36,194 nucleotides of DNA from Polyangiaceae bacterium (lineage in GTDB: Bacteria; Myxococcota_A; Polyangia; Polyangiales; Polyangiaceae), in the NCBI GenBank assembly GCA_049578005.1, contig JBAULD010000067.1:1-36194 (forward strand), in the 5' to 3' direction. Below are positions 32,604 through 36,194 of the stretch, in pieces (the first letter of the stretch is position 1; every line of letters starts with the position of its first letter). Made by a program: the position numbers and the translations under genes. The notes beneath the pieces were generated by a model that had not been told where the DNA came from, searched no databases, and was given only the letters and a program-made list of their open reading frames with translations.

Positions 32604-33017
32604 TCACTTCGATTCGGCCTGCGGGACGTGGAGATCGTCTTCGGTGCCTTCCTTGCGGTCGGGACCCGCGCTCGTGCAGGTGATTTCTTCCGTGTCGCAC
32701 GCGAGTTTGAAGGGGACGCCCCACGGATCCTTCACGCTGAAGCCCGTATCCAGGATCTTTTCTTTCTTGAGCTGATCGATGGTCGGGCAGTCCTCTCCCG
32801 AGTGGACGGCCTTCCACTGAATCGTGGCGTCGCGGATCGTGTTGCAGGCGGTCTTTGCCAGTTTGAGGTCAGCGCTCTTTTTTGCCGACATCACACCGAC
32901 CGAGATCGCGGCGGTCAACACGCCGATGATCGTGATGACGACGATCAATTCGACGAGCGTCAAACCGCGCGAAGTGCCGCGCTGCACTGCCCGCCGGACT
33001 GTCTTGATGCGTACCAT
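32604..33017 (-). CDS. gspG: Type II secretion system major pseudopilin GspG
   Basis: The ATG at 33017 is preceded by an AAGGAGA RBS. It reads MVRIKTVRRAVQRGTSRG|LTLVELIVVITIIGVLTA, with Glu at +5 and the T2SS_G globular signature ...KDPWGVPFKLACD...TSAGPDRKEG. The product is 137 aa. Confidence 0.85.
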   Translation of the reverse strand: MVRIKTVRRAVQRGTSRGLTLVELIVVITIIGVLTAAISVGVMSAKKSADLKLAKTACNTIRDATIQWKAVHSGEDCPTIDQLKKEKILDTGFSVKDPWGVPFKLACDTEEITCTSAGPDRKEGTEDDLHVPQAESK

Positions 33018-33046
33018 GTGTTTCTCCTTGGGATTTCCGAGTCTCT

Positions 33047-33484
33047 TCATTCCACGCGGTCCAACCCGCCCGGCTGGCCGTCGGGTCCGTCGCTCGACAC
33101 CTCGAAGCCGCGGGCATCGCGGCGACCGGGGCAGCTCACGCGAAGCGGGTTCCCCCACGCGTCGCGGGGCACCTGATGGAGGTAGCCTCCCGAGACGAGG
33201 TCCGCCAGCCCGCCCGGACAACCGCGCTCGTGGTCTGCGCGCCACGCCGCGATGGCACCGTCCGTCATCGTTATCGTCGCGCGCGTCGCGCGAATGTCGC
33301 GAAGCGAATGCTCGTGCTGGCGCAGGAGCAGAAATGCGCCGCCGGCACCCAACCAAACGAGCGCCTGGCGCGCGCGAGTCCGACCGAGGATCGCGCGAAC
33401 TCCGCGGCGCTTCTCCCACGGAAAAAAGACTTTCGGCTCGTCCCGCTTGCCCGGCATCTCTCGACCTTGTCCTCGCTGCGCCAA
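33047..33484 (-). CDS. GspG-like globular-domain protein without prepilin leader (membrane-anchored)
   Basis: 145-aa ORF between gspF and gspG. The C-terminal part (GLADLVSGGYLHQVPRDAWGNPLRVSCPGRRDARGFEVSSDGPDGQPGG) matches the T2SS_G domain pattern. The N-terminus is basic and followed by one hydrophobic helix (ALVWLGAGGAFLLL). There is no G|FTLIE motif. Confidence 0.6.
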   Translation of the reverse strand: MAQRGQGREMPGKRDEPKVFFPWEKRRGVRAILGRTRARQALVWLGAGGAFLLLRQHEHSLRDIRATRATITMTDGAIAAWRADHERGCPGGLADLVSGGYLHQVPRDAWGNPLRVSCPGRRDARGFEVSSDGPDGQPGGLDRVE

Positions 33485-33492
33485 AATCCAAT

Positions 33493-34896
33493 CTATTGAG
33501 CGAATTCGTTCATCTGGATGAGCGGCATCAGAATCGCGAACGCGATGAAACCGACACCGCCTCCCATGACCACGATCATCAGTGGCTCGAGCAGGCTGGT
33601 CAGCGCCTGCACGCGCGTCTCGACCTGGGTGTCATAGGCGCGCGACACGTTCTCGAGCATCTGCTCGAGCTGGCCGCTGCGCTCTCCGACAGCGATCATG
33701 TGCGTCACGATCGGGGGAAAGTTGCCGCTCCGCTTGAGCGGTCCGGCGATCGACTCCCCCTCGCGAATACTCGACGCGGCCGTCTCGATGACCTTCTCGA
33801 GCTGGGCATTGTCGAGGACGTTCTTGACGATCTCCATCGCCTTGAGGAGCGGCACGCCGCTCCGAAGCAGCGTCGCAAGCGTCCGAGCGAAGCGCGACAC
33901 CGCTAGCATCTGCACGAGGGGCCCGAAAACGGGCATCCGGAGCATGAAACTGTCTTTGGCGATGCGCCCCTCGGGCGTCGCGAGCCACGCGGTCAGCCAA
34001 GCTACTCCCAGGCCGGCTCCGACCCCGAGGACGATGCCCAGCGTGTACAGGAGCAGCGACTCGACCGCGAACGCGCACGTCACGAGCAGTCCTCCGGCCA
34101 GCAGCGCGAGGACCACGAAGAGCATGTGTTTGGCGCGATCGCTCTCCTTGTAGTCCCGGAGCGCCGAGCGCGCGACGGTGAAAGTCACGAGCGCGAGGAC
34201 GAAGCCGAGCATCTGGTTGGACGACACCAGGTGCGACGTGCCGATGAGGGCCTGGGTGTACCAGGGCAGCGCCCGATCGAGACTCTCGAAGATCGCGGTC
34301 ACTTTGGGAACGACGACCACCATCATGACGGTGATCAGCGCCGAGCCGATGACCACCATCAACGCCGGGTACGCGAGGGCCGCGCCCACCTTCCCGCGGA
34401 GCTTCGATTGCGACTCCATGAAATCGGCCAGGCGCTCGAGCACGGCCTCGAGCGTCCCGGACGCTTCGCCTGCCGCGACCATACTGACATACAGGTTCGA
34501 AAAGACGTGGGGGTGCGCCTCGAGCGCCTTGGCGAGCGAGCCTCCCTCGTTGACCCGATCGACCACCTGGGTGAGCACCCGCTTGAGCTCGAGCTTCTCC
34601 GTCTGTTCGATGAGCGCCGAAACCGACTCCACGAGCGGGATCCCCGCGTTGACGAGCGTCGCCAGCTGCCGGGTCATCATGGCGATGTCGCTGACGCTCA
34701 CCCTGCGAAAGAGAGACCCCGTGTCGAGCGACTTTCCCTTGCCCGACTTGGCTTTGAGCTCCTCCTGCGCGCTGGTCAAGAGGACGCCCTCGCGCTTGAG
34801 CACCGCCCGCAGGACCTTCGCGTTGTCCGCGTCGCGAACACCGTGAACCTGCTTGCCGTTCGCGGCGACGATCCCTCGATAGCCGAAGACCGCCAT
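33493..34896 (-). CDS. gspF: Type II secretion system inner-membrane platform protein GspF
   Basis: 467 aa with two GspF repeats (MMTRQLATLVNAGIPLVESV..., VSRFARTLATLLRSGVPLLKAM...). The C-terminus is GGVGFIAFAILMPLIQMNEF. The start lies 3 nt after the gspE stop. Confidence 0.9.
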   Translation of the reverse strand: MAVFGYRGIVAANGKQVHGVRDADNAKVLRAVLKREGVLLTSAQEELKAKSGKGKSLDTGSLFRRVSVSDIAMMTRQLATLVNAGIPLVESVSALIEQTEKLELKRVLTQVVDRVNEGGSLAKALEAHPHVFSNLYVSMVAAGEASGTLEAVLERLADFMESQSKLRGKVGAALAYPALMVVIGSALITVMMVVVVPKVTAIFESLDRALPWYTQALIGTSHLVSSNQMLGFVLALVTFTVARSALRDYKESDRAKHMLFVVLALLAGGLLVTCAFAVESLLLYTLGIVLGVGAGLGVAWLTAWLATPEGRIAKDSFMLRMPVFGPLVQMLAVSRFARTLATLLRSGVPLLKAMEIVKNVLDNAQLEKVIETAASSIREGESIAGPLKRSGNFPPIVTHMIAVGERSGQLEQMLENVSRAYDTQVETRVQALTSLLEPLMIVVMGGGVGFIAFAILMPLIQMNEFAQ

Positions 34897-34899
34897 CTC

Positions 34900-36194
34900 T
34901 CACTCCGCTCCGGCTCGCATGCCTGCTTGTTCCCCGGCGGGCGTCAAACCGGCCACCGGCGTGGCGGGTTCGACTTCGATGTCCTCCTGCGTGGCGGCCA
35001 GAACCTCCTCCACGGACGTGAGGCCGGCGAGGACTTTTCGCGCTCCGTCGTCCCGCAAGGTGTCCATGCCCATGTCCTGCGCGACGCGCTTGATCGCCTG
35101 CGAGTCGGCCTTTCGAAGGATGAGGGGCCCGACCGCGTCGTCGACCAGCAAGAGCTCGTAGATGCCGCGGCGTCCGGTGAAGCCGGTATTGGTGCACTGC
35201 GCGCAGCCACGCGCCTTGTGGAAATTGGGTGTTTGGCTCGTGTCGAAGGTTTCCAGCAGATCGCCTTCGCGGACGTTCCGAGGAAAGTAGCGGGACGCAG
35301 GGTTGTCTCGGCGGGCAGCCCGGAAGCGCATTCGCTCGGGCGTCAGCCCGAGCTCCTCGAGCTCGAACTTTTCGGCCGGATACGGGTACTTGCAGTGCGG
35401 ACAGAGCACCCGCACCAGACGCTGCGCGAGAATGCCGATGACGCTCGAGCGGAGGAGGAACGGCTCCGCGCCCATGTCGATCGTCCGGGTGATCGCGCCA
35501 GCGGCGTCGTTCGTGTGGATCGTCGAGAGCACGAGGTGCCCGGTGAGCGACGCGTTGATGGCGATTTCCAGCGTTTCCGGGTCGCGGATCTCGCCGACCA
35601 TGACGATGTCCGGATCCTGCCGGAGAAACGCGCGTAGAGCGCTCGCGAACGTGAGCCCAATCTTGGGCTGGACGTGCACCTGATGAATGCCCTGAATTTC
35701 GTACTCGACGGGATCCTCGGCCGTGAGGATGTTCAAGTTCGGCTGGTTGATCCGGTTGATGCAAGCATAGAGCGTCGTCGTTTTGCCGCTGCCGGTCGGG
35801 CCCGTGACGAGGACGATCCCGTCCGGCCGACGGATGAGGCCGTCCATCAGCGCGTACTCGCGCGGGCTGAAGCCGAGATCCGGCAGGTCGAGAAGAACGC
35901 TCGACTTGTTCAGGAGGCGCATGACGATCCGCTCGTAGCCCCGGCTGGTCGGGATCGTGCTCACGCGAATGTCGAAGCTCTTGCCCGCGATCTTCTTGGT
36001 GATGCGCCCGTCTTGCGGCAGGCGTTTTTCGGCGATGTTGAGCGAGCTCTCGATCTTGATGCGCCCGACGATGCTCGGCATGAAGGCCCGGGGCGCGCGC
36101 CGCGCGATGTAGAGCTCACCATCGATGCGATAGCGGACCACGACCTCCTTCTCTTCCGGCTCGATATGAATGTCGCTCGCGCGCTCCTTCATGG
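34900..36194 (-). CDS. gspE: Type II secretion system ATPase GspE (N-terminus outside the window)
   Basis: [23 protein letters not shown], Walker A ([13 protein letters not shown]), an Asp box, Walker B (IVMVGEIRD) and a His box ([11 protein letters not shown]) are present. So is the tetracysteine motif CPHCK...CAQC. The ORF is open to the window edge. Confidence 0.95.
   Translation of the reverse strand, partial: MKERASDIHIEPEEKEVVVRYRIDGELYIARRAPRAFMPSIVGRIKIESSLNIAEKRLPQDGRITKKIAGKSFDIRVSTIPTSRGYERIVMRLLNKSSVLLDLPDLGFSPREYALMDGLIRRPDGIVLVTGPTGSGKTTTLYACINRINQPNLNILTAEDPVEYEIQGIHQVHVQPKIGLTFASALRAFLRQDPDIVMVGEIRDPETLEIAINASLTGHLVLSTIHTNDAAGAITRTIDMGAEPFLLRSSVIGILAQRLVRVLCPHCKYPYPAEKFELEELGLTPERMRFRAARRDNPASRYFPRNVREGDLLETFDTSQTPNFHKARGCAQCTNTGFTGRRGIYELLLVDDAVGPLILRKADSQAIKRVAQDMGMDTLRDDGARKVLAGLTSVEEVLAATQEDIEVEPATPVAGLTPAGEQAGMRAGAE

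Noticed and set aside
33632-35764. 710-aa minus-strand ORF spanning gspF and gspE in another frame
   Set aside because: It is an alternate frame of two well-supported genes. The translation is dominated by Arg/Gly/Pro/Ala/His runs.
1-36194. tRNA, CRISPR, IS elements, integrases and phage genes
   Set aside because: GGTTCGA-type T-arm-like strings (e.g. near 1245, 4447, 6889, 23104, 26388) all lie inside well-supported CDSs without cloverleaf context. No regularly spaced direct repeats and no transposase- or integrase-like translations were seen. The intergenic spacers are too short for RNA genes.

Overview
Very GC-rich bacterial chromosomal segment with a strong G/C third-position bias, which produces many long spurious antisense ORFs in the track. 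Gene content suggests a Myxococcota-type (deltaproteobacterial) core region: PEGA, PilZ-like and Roadblock proteins, and a T2SS with GspN and a PilM-like GspL. That assignment is inference only.

I can support 34 protein-coding genes. I see no rRNA or tRNA, no CRISPR array, and no transposase, integrase or phage genes.

The left two-thirds holds housekeeping genes: a recN fragment, hisF, aroQ-accB-accC, pyrB, murI, hom, lon and purD. These are interleaved with lineage-specific proteins. Several of those look like catalytically degenerate versions of known enzyme folds (Fic, histidine kinase, aconitase, rhomboid, Deg/HtrA).

The right third (25.8-36.2 kb, minus strand) is a very compact type II secretion operon: gspE (partial)-F-[leaderless GspG-like]-G-H-I-J-K-L-M-N. 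Two Deg/HtrA-like paralogues follow it directly.

I did not find a clear-cut, wholly new system. The two best candidates are:
- The non-canonical parts of the T2SS locus: a leaderless GspG-like protein, a Gly-rich insertion in GspI, extra hydrophobic segments in GspF, and the active/inactive protease pair downstream.
- A minus-strand operon of an aconitase-fold pseudoenzyme, a tandem degenerate kinase-like protein and a single-domain receiver, transcribed divergently from a Roadblock/LC7 gene.

All family calls and all statements about catalytic residues come from by-eye motif recognition and alignment. They need HMM or structure confirmation.
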